Part shown: in pieces, positions 18,572 to 28,965 of the stretch
Layout: each line of letters starts with the position of its first letter
Numbering within the stretch: position 1 is the stretch's first letter
Assembly (NCBI GenBank): GCA_037139495.1
Contig: JBAXGG010000001.1
Span: 3,025 to 67,024 of the forward strand
Reading direction: 5' to 3'
DNA from: Candidatus Saccharimonadota bacterium
GTDB lineage: Bacteria > Patescibacteriota > Saccharimonadia > Saccharimonadales > JAUPVS01
DNA: 64,000 nt
Position numbers and translations under genes: made by a program
Notes under the pieces: model-generated
Told to the model about the DNA's origin: nothing
Seen by the model: only the letters and a program-made list of their open reading frames with translations
Database searches by the model: none

Positions 18572-19738
18572 ATGCTACCTGTTTGTTATGATGAGGCTAT
18601 GGTCATTCATGCTTTTGAACATGCGTTGTCGATGGCTTTTGCGATGGGCTGGGAGATAATATGGCCGCTCATACTGGGTTTTGGGATATCTGGCGCGATT
18701 CAAGCAGTTGTTTCGCATCGCCAAATGAGCCAGTTGCTACCAGATGATAAGCCAAAAACTTTAGTTGTTGCGACAGCTTTGGGGGCAGCGTCCTCTTCTT
18801 GTTCTTACGCCGCCGTGGCCCTGGGCAGGTCGTTAGTTAAAAAAGGGGCTAACTTTACTGCGGCTATGGCTTTTGAGATTGCTTCAACAAACTTAGTTAT
18901 TGAACTGGGAATTATAATGGCGGTTTTATTAGGGTGGCAGTTTACCCTGGCCGAGTTTTTTGGTGGTCCGTTTATGATCATTGTCTTAGCTCTGTTATTT
19001 AAACGCTACCTAACTCCCAAAATGTTAGCTGTTGCTACCAAACAAGCTCAAAAAGGGCTGCCGGGTAAGATGGAAGGCCATGCCGTGATGGATGATATGG
19101 CAGTCGGCGGCAATAAATCGGTTTTTAAAAAATTATTATCATCAGATGGGAAAACCGCAACAAGTCACTTTTACGTTATGGACTGGGCTTCGGTCTGGGT
19201 TGATTTAGCTGTTGGCTTATTGATTGCGGGGGCAGTTGCCGCCTGGGTACCGTCAGAGTTCTTTCAGAAGCTATTTATAACTTCCCATCCGTTACTATCA
19301 GCTCTCTGGGGTCCAATAGTTGGCCCATTGATTGCAATAGTGTCATTTGTATGTAGTGTTGGAAATGTACCACTGGCGGCCGTTCTTTGGAATGGTGGTA
19401 TCAGTTTTGGAGGTGTGGTGGCCTTTATATTTGCTGACTTAATCGTTTTTCCTATCTTGCGCATCTACAAAAAGTATTACGGCGCTAAGATGGCGATCTT
19501 CTTATTTGTGACCTTTTATATTGCCATGGTAGCCGCCGGATATTTCGTTGAGCTGGTATTTTGGTTGTTACATCTGACGCCTACAATCCGCAATGCCAAA
19601 ATTTTGGAGCCAAGTATTACCCTCAACTACACCTCGGTGCTTAACATTATCTTCCTGCTGATAAGTACGGCCCTGGTTTGGCGATTTTTGTGTACCGGCG
19701 GCCCAAAAATGCTAAAGATGATGAACGGCAAGCACTAG
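18572..19738 (+). CDS. Predicted permease of the DUF318/ArsP-like family (pfam03773-type)
   Basis: 8-10 TM segments and a conserved Cys-containing motif SSSCSY near the N-terminus; the true start may be a few codons downstream. Confidence 0.55.
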   Translation: MLPVCYDEAMVIHAFEHALSMAFAMGWEIIWPLILGFGISGAIQAVVSHRQMSQLLPDDKPKTLVVATALGAASSSCSYAAVALGRSLVKKGANFTAAMAFEIASTNLVIELGIIMAVLLGWQFTLAEFFGGPFMIIVLALLFKRYLTPKMLAVATKQAQKGLPGKMEGHAVMDDMAVGGNKSVFKKLLSSDGKTATSHFYVMDWASVWVDLAVGLLIAGAVAAWVPSEFFQKLFITSHPLLSALWGPIVGPLIAIVSFVCSVGNVPLAAVLWNGGISFGGVVAFIFADLIVFPILRIYKKYYGAKMAIFLFVTFYIAMVAAGYFVELVFWLLHLTPTIRNAKILEPSITLNYTSVLNIIFLLISTALVWRFLCTGGPKMLKMMNGKH

Positions 19739-20007
19739 CTTAGAGTTTTATCTATCGCAACATGCATTTATAATAGTTAAGTTGAGTAAACATTAACTAT
19801 GATTAATCTTGATTTGGGTCCGATAGACGATTGTTTCGATGCGATCCGTCAGGTCGACGAACACCATGCGGCGTAGGAACAAGCCCAAGCTTACTCTCAA
19901 TCATAGCAATTACTAAGCACCTAGTATTACCAAGTAACTTATGCTATAATTAGTGGGATTAAGTTAGGCGCTTACATCCGATAAGCGCTTTTTTATTAGG
20001 AAATTTT

Positions 20008-21840
20008 ATGGTCCAAACAACCCAAGATCCCACAAAAATTCGCAATATTGCAATTATCGCCCACGTTGACCATGGTAAAACTACCCTAGTAGACGGGCTT
20101 TTAAAGCAATCCCAGACTTTCCGCGACAACCAGGCCGAAATGAGCCAGGACCTAATTATGGACAGTGGCGATCAAGAAAAAGAGCGGGGGATCACTATCA
20201 CTGCTAAAGTCACGGCTGTTCAGCATGGTGATTACCGAATTAACATTATTGATACCCCTGGTCACGCTGACTTTAGTGGTGAAGTTGAACGGACTTTGAA
20301 TATGGCCGACGGCTGCATACTTATTGTTGATGCTCAAGAAGGCCCAATGCCGCAAACTAAGTTTGTTTTAAGTAAGGCTTTAGCCAATGAACTAAAACCA
20401 ATTGTTATCATCAACAAGATCGACAAAACCGCTAGTCGCGTTAAAGAGGTAGAAGATGAGCTAGCTGATCTTTTCCTAGAACTAGCCGTGCACGAAGACC
20501 AACTTCACTACCCAACCTATTACGCGATCGGTAGAGCCGGCAAAGCTTGGAAAACAATGCCAGCCGACTCAGACGTCGACGGCAACCTAGATGATGTTTT
20601 TGATGCTATTATCGAGCACATCCCAGCCCCGAAGATTAATGTCGATAAACCTTTCCAGATGCTAGTTACCGCTCTGGCTTGGGACACCTTTAAAGGTAAG
20701 TACGCCATTGGCAGGATTACTCAGGGCCATGTTCAAGCTGGCGATCCAGTTACTCTTTGCAAAAAAGACGGCACTTTTACAAAAGCCAAGATTGATCTTG
20801 TATTTATGAGTCATGGCATTAGCCGCTTTGAAGTCGATGGTGGGGTGGCCGGAGATATTGTTCAGCTGACTGGTGTAGCCGATGCCAAAATTGGCGAAAC
20901 TATTGCTGACGCCGATAACCCCGAGGCCCTACCTGTACTAGAAGTCGAAGCCCCGACGCTTAAAATTTATCTTGGCCCTAATACTAGCCCAATGAAGGGA
21001 CTAGAAGGGGAATTTACTACTTCTCGTCAGATTGGCGAACGTTTACAGAAAGAATTAGAAACTAATGTTGGTCTGCGCGTCGAGGATGAAGGCATAGGCT
21101 TTTTGGTCTCTGGCCGCGGTGAACTCCACCTTTCTGTTTTGATCGAAACCATGCGCCGCGAAGGTTATGAATTCGAAGTTGGCCGCCCGCAGGTTGTAAC
21201 CCGCGAAACTAACGGTTCCATCGAAGAACCACTTGAAGAAGTAATTATCGAAGTTCCGGCCGAACACGTCGGTACTGTCCAGATGGAACTGGGCAAACGC
21301 CGTGCTGTCCTAAAAGAACAGTTTGCGAGCCCTAAAGGCGTTACAAAGTTGGTCTATGAATTGCCAACTCGAGCTCTTTTGGGTATGCGTAACATCTTAT
21401 TGACGAATACCAAGGGTACTATCGTTATGAACAGCTTAATCATTGGTTATCAACCCCTAGGCAGTGCCTTACAGCAACTCCGTAGTGGTGTCTTAATTGC
21501 TTTCGAAACTGGCATTACCACTCCGTACGCATTGCAGAACGCTGAAGCTCGTGGTGTTACCTTTGTCGGCCCGGCTATTAAAGTTTATGCCGGTCAAATT
21601 GTCGGCCTCAACAGCCGCAATGAAGACATGGAAATTAACGTATGCAAGGGTAAGCATTTAACTAACATGCGTAGTTCCAGTAGTGACGGTGTCGTGCAGT
21701 TGACCCCCCCAATTACTTTTAGCCTCGAAGAGTGCCTCGACTTCATCGAAAACGACGAACTTTTGGAAGTCACGCCAGAGAGCTTGCGACTGCGTAAAAG
21801 GGAATTAGACCCTAGCAAACGCAAACGCGCTGCCAAGTAA
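20008..21840 (+). CDS. typA: Translational GTPase TypA/BipA
   Basis: [20 protein letters not shown]1 motif, DTPGHADF G3 motif, EF-G-like domain architecture; 610 aa. Confidence 0.9.
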   Translation: MVQTTQDPTKIRNIAIIAHVDHGKTTLVDGLLKQSQTFRDNQAEMSQDLIMDSGDQEKERGITITAKVTAVQHGDYRINIIDTPGHADFSGEVERTLNMADGCILIVDAQEGPMPQTKFVLSKALANELKPIVIINKIDKTASRVKEVEDELADLFLELAVHEDQLHYPTYYAIGRAGKAWKTMPADSDVDGNLDDVFDAIIEHIPAPKINVDKPFQMLVTALAWDTFKGKYAIGRITQGHVQAGDPVTLCKKDGTFTKAKIDLVFMSHGISRFEVDGGVAGDIVQLTGVADAKIGETIADADNPEALPVLEVEAPTLKIYLGPNTSPMKGLEGEFTTSRQIGERLQKELETNVGLRVEDEGIGFLVSGRGELHLSVLIETMRREGYEFEVGRPQVVTRETNGSIEEPLEEVIIEVPAEHVGTVQMELGKRRAVLKEQFASPKGVTKLVYELPTRALLGMRNILLTNTKGTIVMNSLIIGYQPLGSALQQLRSGVLIAFETGITTPYALQNAEARGVTFVGPAIKVYAGQIVGLNSRNEDMEINVCKGKHLTNMRSSSSDGVVQLTPPITFSLEECLDFIENDELLEVTPESLRLRKRELDPSKRKRAAK

Positions 21841-21857
21841 GCATCTTAGCCTACATC

Positions 21858-21886
21858 TTGACTATTTTTGCAAATCGTGCTAATAT
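21858..21886 (+). promoter_or_regulatory. Sigma70-like promoter (TTGACT-17-TAATAT) for the DEAD-box helicase gene, giving a 5' UTR of about 115 nt
   Basis: Hexamers and spacing read from the sequence. Confidence 0.4.
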
Positions 21887-22005
21887 AATGGTATTGTTCA
21901 ATTGAATCCTAAGTTTGTACTTATTACTGAGGCTTCATCTGCGGCAATCATGGCCCTCAAAAGCTAAGTAATAATATTCTAAACAAACCAAAGGATTCTT
22001 TTTTT

Positions 22006-23187
22006 ATGGCCTACGCCTATCGTTCTCAAAATCATGCTCGTCGTACTAATAGTGGTGGTGGCAAACGCCGTCCTGGTGCTAAGTACATCGACCCAGCGCG
22101 CTTTGTTAAAGCTGCTAAACCAGTTACCGCCGAAACCGAATACATCCCAACGCATAAGTTCGTGGATTTCGAAATCAACCAGACTATCAAAAATAACCTG
22201 CTAGCCAAAGGTTTTACTACCCCAACGCCAATCCAGGACCAAACTATCATCCCAGCTCTAGCTGGTAAGGATGTTATTGGTATTGCAAACACAGGTACTG
22301 GTAAAACAGCTGCCTTCTCAGTGCCAATTTTAAACCGTCTCATGTCTGATCATAATGCCCGGGCCCTAATCGTGGCCCCGACTCGCGAACTAGCCCAGCA
22401 AATCGATGAAGATATTCGCTCAATTGCTAAGGGAAGTGGTTTGTTTGGTGCCGTCATCATAGGTGGGGCTCCAATTGGGCGCCAACTAAAGGACTTACGT
22501 TCTAATCCGCAAATAGTTATTGGTACGCCTGGTCGTATTAAGGATCACCTAGAACGCAAAACACTTAACCTAAGCCGTTTTAACATGATCGTTCTCGACG
22601 AGGTTGACCGAATGCTAGACATGGGCTTTGTAGACGATGTCCGTGAAATTTTAAGCAAGCTAGCGCCGGAACGTCAGTCGTTCTTCTTCTCAGCTACCTT
22701 AGACACTCGAGTTAATTCACTAATCCAGACTTTCTCTAAAGATCCAGTTACGATTTCGATAAAAACTGGTGAAACTACTGATACTGTTGACCAGAATGTA
22801 ATTAGCTACGGCGGTAATATCGAAAAGCTGGAAAAATTACATGATTTGCTGATTCAACCACACGTTACTAAGGCTATTGTATTCGATGAGACTCAACGTA
22901 GTGTCGAACGCTTAAGTAACGAACTAATCGACCGTGGCTTTGCTGCTGTATCGATTCATGGCGGTAAAAACCAAGGTCAACGCCAGCGCGCTTTAAGCCG
23001 CTTTAAGCTGAACGAAGTAACTGTGCTGGTTGCAACTGATGTTGCAGCCCGTGGTATTGATGTTAAAGACATTAGTCACGTAATTAATTATACTCAACCT
23101 CAAAGCTACGAAGATTACGTCCACCGAATTGGCCGTGCTGGCCGCGCCGGCAAAACTGGCTACGCCCTTACTTTTGTCAGCCGATAA
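22006..23187 (+). CDS. DEAD-box ATP-dependent RNA helicase (DEVD variant)
   Basis: Q-motif/PTPIQ, Walker A (TGTGKT), DEVD, SAT and HRIGRAGRAG motifs; basic Gly-rich N-terminal extension. Confidence 0.9.
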   Translation: MAYAYRSQNHARRTNSGGGKRRPGAKYIDPARFVKAAKPVTAETEYIPTHKFVDFEINQTIKNNLLAKGFTTPTPIQDQTIIPALAGKDVIGIANTGTGKTAAFSVPILNRLMSDHNARALIVAPTRELAQQIDEDIRSIAKGSGLFGAVIIGGAPIGRQLKDLRSNPQIVIGTPGRIKDHLERKTLNLSRFNMIVLDEVDRMLDMGFVDDVREILSKLAPERQSFFFSATLDTRVNSLIQTFSKDPVTISIKTGETTDTVDQNVISYGGNIEKLEKLHDLLIQPHVTKAIVFDETQRSVERLSNELIDRGFAAVSIHGGKNQGQRQRALSRFKLNEVTVLVATDVAARGIDVKDISHVINYTQPQSYEDYVHRIGRAGRAGKTGYALTFVSR

Positions 23188-23360
23188 AAATATGCTGCTA
23201 AAACCACTTTATGTGGTATAATGTGTTTGCTAGAAATAAGCTGCTACATAACGTTAGTTATCTAGATCAATATAAGTTAAGTGTTTCTGAGGAGCAGCTA
23301 ACTGGAACTCGTTTTACGTGAGCCAGGTTACCTCCGAGCAACAAAAGGAGTTAATCATTA

Positions 23361-23627
23361 ATGGCTACTAAATTATTTGTCGGATCCCTATCATGGGGTG
23401 TTACAGACGACCAACTCAAAGATTTTTTCTCTGCAGCTGGCACCGTTGTATCTGCTAAGGTCATCACTGACCGTGACACAAACCGCTCAAAGGGCTTCGG
23501 CTTTGTTGAGATGTCTAGCGACGAAGAAGCCAAAGCTGCCGTTGACCAGCTCAACGACAAAGAGCTTGACGGCCGCAACATCAACGTTAGTGAAGCTCGA
23601 CCTCGAGAAGAACGACCTCGCTACTAA
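23361..23627 (+). CDS. RRM-type RNA-binding protein (glycine-poor bacterial Rbp)
   Basis: RNP-2 LFVGSL and RNP-1 KGFGFVEM; 88 aa. Confidence 0.85.
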   Translation: MATKLFVGSLSWGVTDDQLKDFFSAAGTVVSAKVITDRDTNRSKGFGFVEMSSDEEAKAAVDQLNDKELDGRNINVSEARPREERPRY

Positions 23628-23659
23628 TTAAAAATTAGCGAACGTTTAACGTTACAATA

Positions 23660-23686
23660 ATCCCACCGGCAACGGTGGGTTTTTTG
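23660..23686 (+). terminator. Rho-independent terminator after the RRM protein gene
   Basis: cccaccggcaacggtggg hairpin followed by tttttt. Confidence 0.6.
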
Positions 23687-23718
23687 TAATTACGGTATCG
23701 TGAGACAATTAGCCTAGT

Positions 23719-23952
23719 ATGAGTAAAAAGATTGAATATTTCCAAAAACCTAACTTACCATTGATTGTTTGGTTTGTCGCTATGATTTTGACCCATATTT
23801 TACCCTACGGTCAGCTGAATTTCGCGGCCTCTTTGATTGCTTTCGGTTCTTTGTTTACCTGGGCGTGGTTAGAAATATTTGATGGGGATAATAACTTTCG
23901 TCGCGTCCTTGGAGTGTTAGTGCTGGTTTTTATCATTGTTAACCGTTTGTAA
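23719..23952 (+). CDS. Small hypothetical membrane protein (2 TM)
   Basis: 77-aa ORF with two hydrophobic helices and no other signal. Confidence 0.35.
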   Translation: MSKKIEYFQKPNLPLIVWFVAMILTHILPYGQLNFAASLIAFGSLFTWAWLEIFDGDNNFRRVLGVLVLVFIIVNRL

Positions 23953-23961
23953 TATTACTGC

Positions 23962-25275
23962 TTGACGTTAGCAGGTAGGACTCCTAAGCTTACAAGTAAG
24001 ATGTTAGAAAAAGCCAGAAAAATTGTTGTTCGGTTCACCACTGGCAAAAAACCACACGAATTGTCTTCCGATGACGTACAAGCGGCTCGTCAATATATTA
24101 TGCATTACTGGAAAAAGCTACAACGATATCATCCGCATGATGATGAAACGCTTTTTGGTTTGCCTAAACCATACTTGGTACCAGCTTACGAAGAAGGACA
24201 TAGTTTTGATTTCAACGAGCTTTACTACTGGGACAGCTATTTTATGGTCCAGGGTTTTTTAACTAAAGGCCACAAGGATTTAGTGACCGGTATTTTGGAG
24301 GATTTAATTTCACTCCAAAAACGCCTTAAGATTATACCTAACGCATCAAGGACATATTTAACAGGCCGTTCCCAGCCGCCTTTGCTAACTAGCTTTATTT
24401 TTGACGTTTATGAGGCCTACGATATGGGCGACAAGTGGTTGGCTGAAAACATCGCAATATCTAAGGAGGAATACCATGGTGTCTGGATGGGAGTCACTAA
24501 ACCAAATGAACGTAGAATATATCGGGGCCTGAGCCGCTACTACGATATTAATTACTTACACGACTTAGCCGAAGCCGAGAGCGCCTGGGATATGACACCA
24601 CGCTTTGGCCGTAAAGCTTTGAATTATTTACCTGTTGACCTAAATGCCTTGCTCTACAAGTACGAGACTGATTTTGCCCGCGCCGCTGAGATTGCCGGCA
24701 ACCACAAAGAGGCGCAAACTTGGCTACATAGCGCTAAGGTTCGCAAAAAAACCATGGACGAGCTTATGTGGAGCCCTTCCAGGGACTTTTACTATGACTA
24801 CGATTTTGTTCGTAAACGCCGCGGATCGGTATCTTCCCTAGCTGGTTTCTATCCGATGTGGGCCGGGATGGTCGATAAGGACCAGGCTGCAGCATTGGTT
24901 CGTATGCTAAAACGATTTGAGCACAAAGGTGGACTGTCTACTACCGACCAGCAGTTTAATCAGCGCCTACCGGGTCAGATTCCTGGTAACGGCAATACTC
25001 CAACACAGTGGGCCTACCCTAATGGCTGGGCGCCACTTCACTACATTATTATACAGGCTTTAGAGCGTTACGGTTACCACTCTGACGCCCGCAGGATTGC
25101 TTTTAAGTGGCTAAAAACTAACCTTGATTGGTTCGACAATGAAGAAATCTTTTTGGAAAAATATAACGTCGTTAACCCCGAAAAGCCTCCGATAAAGGGT
25201 CTATATCCATCACAAACTGGCTTTGGCTGGACAAATGCTATCTTCGAGCGACTCTGCCAAGATTACATCGACTGA
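23962..25275 (+). CDS. treA: Trehalase (glycoside hydrolase family 37)
   Basis: Matches both GH37 signatures: DFNELYYWDSYF (R-F-x-E-x-Y-x-W-D-x-Y type) and QWAYPNGWAP (Q-W-D-x-P-x-G-W-[PAS]-P type). The real start may be at MLEKARK (24001). Confidence 0.75.
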   Translation: MTLAGRTPKLTSKMLEKARKIVVRFTTGKKPHELSSDDVQAARQYIMHYWKKLQRYHPHDDETLFGLPKPYLVPAYEEGHSFDFNELYYWDSYFMVQGFLTKGHKDLVTGILEDLISLQKRLKIIPNASRTYLTGRSQPPLLTSFIFDVYEAYDMGDKWLAENIAISKEEYHGVWMGVTKPNERRIYRGLSRYYDINYLHDLAEAESAWDMTPRFGRKALNYLPVDLNALLYKYETDFARAAEIAGNHKEAQTWLHSAKVRKKTMDELMWSPSRDFYYDYDFVRKRRGSVSSLAGFYPMWAGMVDKDQAAALVRMLKRFEHKGGLSTTDQQFNQRLPGQIPGNGNTPTQWAYPNGWAPLHYIIIQALERYGYHSDARRIAFKWLKTNLDWFDNEEIFLEKYNVVNPEKPPIKGLYPSQTGFGWTNAIFERLCQDYID

Positions 25276-26006
25276 AAAGATGTGATGGGCATTATTTTGT
25301 CCTGAAGATTGACTATTGATGTATCGAAAGCATACTTTTCTTGATCAAGTAACATTATTGTTGCTACGCCAGAGGCAACTTTCAGTAAACCCGGACCATC
25401 TAAAACACTAACTCCGCAAGCTGTAACTTCTCGGTTATCGCTGATCGCATCAAATGAAACAGCAAACAAATCGAATGTGCTTAAGAAACCTGGTTCATGA
25501 TCTAAACTGTAACTAGGTTTGTTTACTATTCCAGCAGTATTTAATGGATTTAAAAGTCCCCTTACGCCAGATAATTTTGCATCTTTCCTGATTTTGGAGG
25601 CTGCTCTATCAAAAATGTTGTCAGACATATTGGCATGACTAATGCCAATTAAATTGAATAAGGAGATGCCGACGGCGCGTGCTACCATTACTTCATCAAG
25701 CTGTTTTGATCGGCGAGTTTCTTCGGTCATAGCATAGGCTTTAGCGCCAATGTATTGAATGACTTTAGTATAGTAAGTTGTAAAATCCAAATCTGGTGCA
25801 AAATTTGATTTCACAGATTCCACTTTTTCGCTAAGCAAGTGAGTGTAGAATCCTTTATGAATTCTAAATAGCTCTGCTTCCGAATAAGATAGAATGATAC
25901 TAGTCTTAGACTTTGCAACTTTTTCTGTTTGACGTAATTGCCTTGCCTCCGGTGAGCGAGTGAAATTCATAAAAAACATTATATCACTAATGGTCAGTAA
26001 AGTCAA
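25263..26006 (-). CDS. Hypothetical protein (orphan, AT-rich, opposite strand to all neighbours)
   Basis: 247-aa ORF with no recognisable motifs; visibly lower GC than the flanking trehalase and metG genes; 3' end overlaps the trehalase stop by 13 nt. Confidence 0.45.
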   Translation of the reverse strand: MTLLTISDIMFFMNFTRSPEARQLRQTEKVAKSKTSIILSYSEAELFRIHKGFYTHLLSEKVESVKSNFAPDLDFTTYYTKVIQYIGAKAYAMTEETRRSKQLDEVMVARAVGISLFNLIGISHANMSDNIFDRAASKIRKDAKLSGVRGLLNPLNTAGIVNKPSYSLDHEPGFLSTFDLFAVSFDAISDNREVTACGVSVLDGPGLLKVASGVATIMLLDQEKYAFDTSIVNLQDKIMPITSFQSM

Positions 26007-26054
26007 TGCATATAACCCCTTTAAGTTAAAGGCTTAACAGGTTAAAATGGTGAG

Positions 26055-27503
26055 ATGAACTATTATGTGACGACTTCTATCCCATATGTAAATGGCGACC
26101 CTCATCTCGGTCATGCTTTAGAGTTTTTGTATGGTGATATTCTGGCTAGGTATGCACGCAAGCAGGGCACCCCAGTTATTTTTAGTACTGGGACTGATGA
26201 GCACGGTGGCAAGGTAGCCGAAAAAGCTACCGAGTTAAAGATTACTCCGAAGGCTTTCGCTGATCAGATAAGCGAAAAGTTCCGTGATTTGCAAAAAGCT
26301 CTTAACATCAGTAATGATCGTTTTATCCGTACAACTGATCCGGCCCACGAACAAAGAGCTCAGATAATCTGGAAGGATTTATCCAAAGACATTTATAAGG
26401 GCAGCTATATAGGCTTGTATTGTACGGGTTGTGAATCTTTTGTTACCGAAGCAGTCGCCAAAGAGAATAAAAACGTTTGCCCGCATCACAATAAACCTTA
26501 TGAAAAAATCCAAGAAGAAAACTATTTTTTCAAACTCAGCAATTATGCCCCGCAAATTCTCAAAACAATTGAATCCGGGTCTTTCCGGGTAGTTCCAGCT
26601 ACTAAAAAGCACGAAATATTACAAGTGATCAAGGAGGGATTAGAGGATATAAGTATCTCTCGTCCTAAAGAAAAGATCTCTTGGGGAATTGCCGTCCCAG
26701 GTGACCCTAATCAGGTTATGTATGTTTGGTTCGAGGCCCTTATGAACTATATTACGGTTTTAGGCTACCCAGAGCATGCTGACTTTAAGAAGTTTTGGCC
26801 AGCTAACGTGCAAGTTATCGGTAAAGACATTCTACGCTTCCATGCTGCTATTTGGCCCGGCATGCTGCTTGGCCTGGGTCTGCCGTTACCAAAAATGCTG
26901 TACGCTCACGGTTTTGTTAGTATAGATGGCAAAAAGATGGGTAAAAGCCTAGGTAATAGCATTTCGCCTCACGAGATTATAGACAGGTATAGCGCCGATG
27001 TTTTCAGGTATTATTTTGCTCGCCATGTCCCCAGCTACGAAGACGGTGATTTCAATTGGAAACGGTTAGAAGCAGCCTATAACAATGAACTTGGCAATGA
27101 ACTTGGCAATGCTGTACAGAGAACGGTAGTACTCATTCAGAAGAACCTCAACGGAATTGTCGGCGACATCCCAGCCGCTAAACACGATATTGCAAAATAC
27201 CAAGCAGCTATCGAAGATTGTAAGTTCGATAGAGCCATGGACGAGGTCTGGGAGCAGGTACGAGGCTTGAACCAGTATATTGACGAAGAAAAGCCTTGGA
27301 TGGTCGCTAAACAAGGGGACGAAGGTCACCTACGCGAGATTTTGGCTTACCAAGTGAGCTGTTTGCTGGAGATTGCCAATATGCTTGAGCCATTTATGCC
27401 CGATACTGCTGCCAAAATTACTTATATATTTAAGGAAGGTGTCGTTCGACCACTAGACGGGACACTTTTCCCACGCACCGAGTCAGCTCCCAAGAAAGCC
27501 TAA
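26055..27503 (+). CDS. metG: Methionyl-tRNA synthetase (short form without C-terminal tRNA-binding domain)
   Basis: HLGHALE (HIGH-type) and KMGKS (KMSKS) motifs, with a Cys knuckle around CTGCESF...CPHH. Confidence 0.9.
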   Translation: MNYYVTTSIPYVNGDPHLGHALEFLYGDILARYARKQGTPVIFSTGTDEHGGKVAEKATELKITPKAFADQISEKFRDLQKALNISNDRFIRTTDPAHEQRAQIIWKDLSKDIYKGSYIGLYCTGCESFVTEAVAKENKNVCPHHNKPYEKIQEENYFFKLSNYAPQILKTIESGSFRVVPATKKHEILQVIKEGLEDISISRPKEKISWGIAVPGDPNQVMYVWFEALMNYITVLGYPEHADFKKFWPANVQVIGKDILRFHAAIWPGMLLGLGLPLPKMLYAHGFVSIDGKKMGKSLGNSISPHEIIDRYSADVFRYYFARHVPSYEDGDFNWKRLEAAYNNELGNELGNAVQRTVVLIQKNLNGIVGDIPAAKHDIAKYQAAIEDCKFDRAMDEVWEQVRGLNQYIDEEKPWMVAKQGDEGHLREILAYQVSCLLEIANMLEPFMPDTAAKITYIFKEGVVRPLDGTLFPRTESAPKKA

Positions 27504-27506
27504 CAA

Positions 27507-28274
27507 ATGCAGTTTACTGACACGCATTGTCATATTCAATTTGCTGATTATCCACTCAATGCAGATAAGGTTATCGAAGATGCCCAGTTGGTTGGTGTTG
27601 ATCGACTATTGGTGGTTGGTTGCACTTTAGATGATAGCCAGGCTGGAATTGAACTGGCAGCCAAGCATCAGAATATGTGGGCCGCTATTGGTTTACACCC
27701 ACACGAAGCTAAAAACTACCAGATTGGTTCAAAGGAGCTGGTTAAGTTTGAGCAGTTAGCGACTCAGCCAAAGGTAGTGGCGATCGGTGAATCTGGACTG
27801 GACTATTACTACAACCATTCACCAAAGGCAGCTCAGCAGGAACTTTTACATTTTCAATTAAAACTCGCTCAGAAGCATAATTTACCGGTTATATTCCATA
27901 TTAGGGATGCTTTTGAAGATTTTTGGGCAATTGTTGATCAATACCCAGGTTTAAAGGGAGTCATCCATAGCTTCACAGCTACCAAAGCTGAGCTTGAGGA
28001 GGCCTTAAAAAGAGGACTTTTAATCGGCCTGAACGGCATCATGACCTTTACTAAGCAGGCAGATCAGCTGGCTATGGCAAAGGCAATACCACTTGATAAA
28101 TTAGTGCTTGAAACTGACGCTCCTTTCTTGACTCCGTATCCGTTCCGTGGTACAATCTGTCAGCCCAAACATGTTCGAGTAACGGCCGAGTTTTTAAGTC
28201 AACTGAGGGGAGAAACCCTCGAAACTATCGCTACGGCCACTACCCAGAACGCGGCACAACTATTTAAATTGTAA
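27507..28274 (+). CDS. tatD: TatD-family metal-dependent hydrolase/DNase
   Basis: THCHIQF and IGESGLDYY motifs; metG-tatD adjacency is conserved in Firmicutes (metS-yabD). Confidence 0.85.
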   Translation: MQFTDTHCHIQFADYPLNADKVIEDAQLVGVDRLLVVGCTLDDSQAGIELAAKHQNMWAAIGLHPHEAKNYQIGSKELVKFEQLATQPKVVAIGESGLDYYYNHSPKAAQQELLHFQLKLAQKHNLPVIFHIRDAFEDFWAIVDQYPGLKGVIHSFTATKAELEEALKRGLLIGLNGIMTFTKQADQLAMAKAIPLDKLVLETDAPFLTPYPFRGTICQPKHVRVTAEFLSQLRGETLETIATATTQNAAQLFKL

Positions 28275-28286
28275 ACAAGAGGAAAT

Positions 28287-28619
28287 ATGCTCAATATACT
28301 GGACAGCCAAGAACAATCAATGCGCCGCCTGGCTAACCCCGAGGTTATTAACGAACGCGGTGATCACCGCAAGACAGCTGCCGATAATATACGAAGTGTT
28401 ATTGAGTGGCAATTTGGTGGTGAACTTAAGCAATATGGTGACCCAGTATCTGAAAGTGCCGGACTCATCCCAGTTGAGAAATTCAGTCAGATTGGTGACT
28501 TGGCTACACAGACCGGTTTGAGCAATATTGATTTGTCCCGAAAACTAGCTGCTCAGGCCCATGATGAGCAGGGTGTCCAAGATTTCCTAGGGGAAATAAG
28601 TGTTCCTGAAACTGTTTAA
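28287..28619 (+). CDS. Hypothetical acidic small protein
   Basis: 110-aa ORF with no motifs; overlaps the next ORF by 20 nt. Confidence 0.4.
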   Translation: MLNILDSQEQSMRRLANPEVINERGDHRKTAADNIRSVIEWQFGGELKQYGDPVSESAGLIPVEKFSQIGDLATQTGLSNIDLSRKLAAQAHDEQGVQDFLGEISVPETV

Positions 28620-28965
28620 GTCACTTAGTGACCAAAAAGAAATAGACCGCCGCGCTGAACAGTACCGCAACTTAATTAGACGAGAAGCCAAAATCGGTGG
28701 AAAATTGTTTGGCCCCATACCTAAAGGCCATAGACGAGAATTTTTTTGTTTAAACGAGCACACCTGGGTATGGTATGAAGAATGGACTGATCCTAGCGGA
28801 CACAGCCAATCTAAGACCACTCGTTATGATGTACGTCCAAAAGGAGTCGTCAAGGTTCAAGACGGACACCCTAGCCAATACATTGATTTAAACGAAGCTC
28901 GTAATCTCTATCAAGCCGTCGAACTCTATAACCAACGTATTGATGCTGAGTATGATCTACCTTGA
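28600..28965 (+). CDS. Hypothetical small protein
   Basis: 121-aa ORF, Trp/His-rich central segment (HTWVWYEEWTDPSGH), no recognised family. Confidence 0.4.
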   Translation: MFLKLFKSLSDQKEIDRRAEQYRNLIRREAKIGGKLFGPIPKGHRREFFCLNEHTWVWYEEWTDPSGHSQSKTTRYDVRPKGVVKVQDGHPSQYIDLNEARNLYQAVELYNQRIDAEYDLP

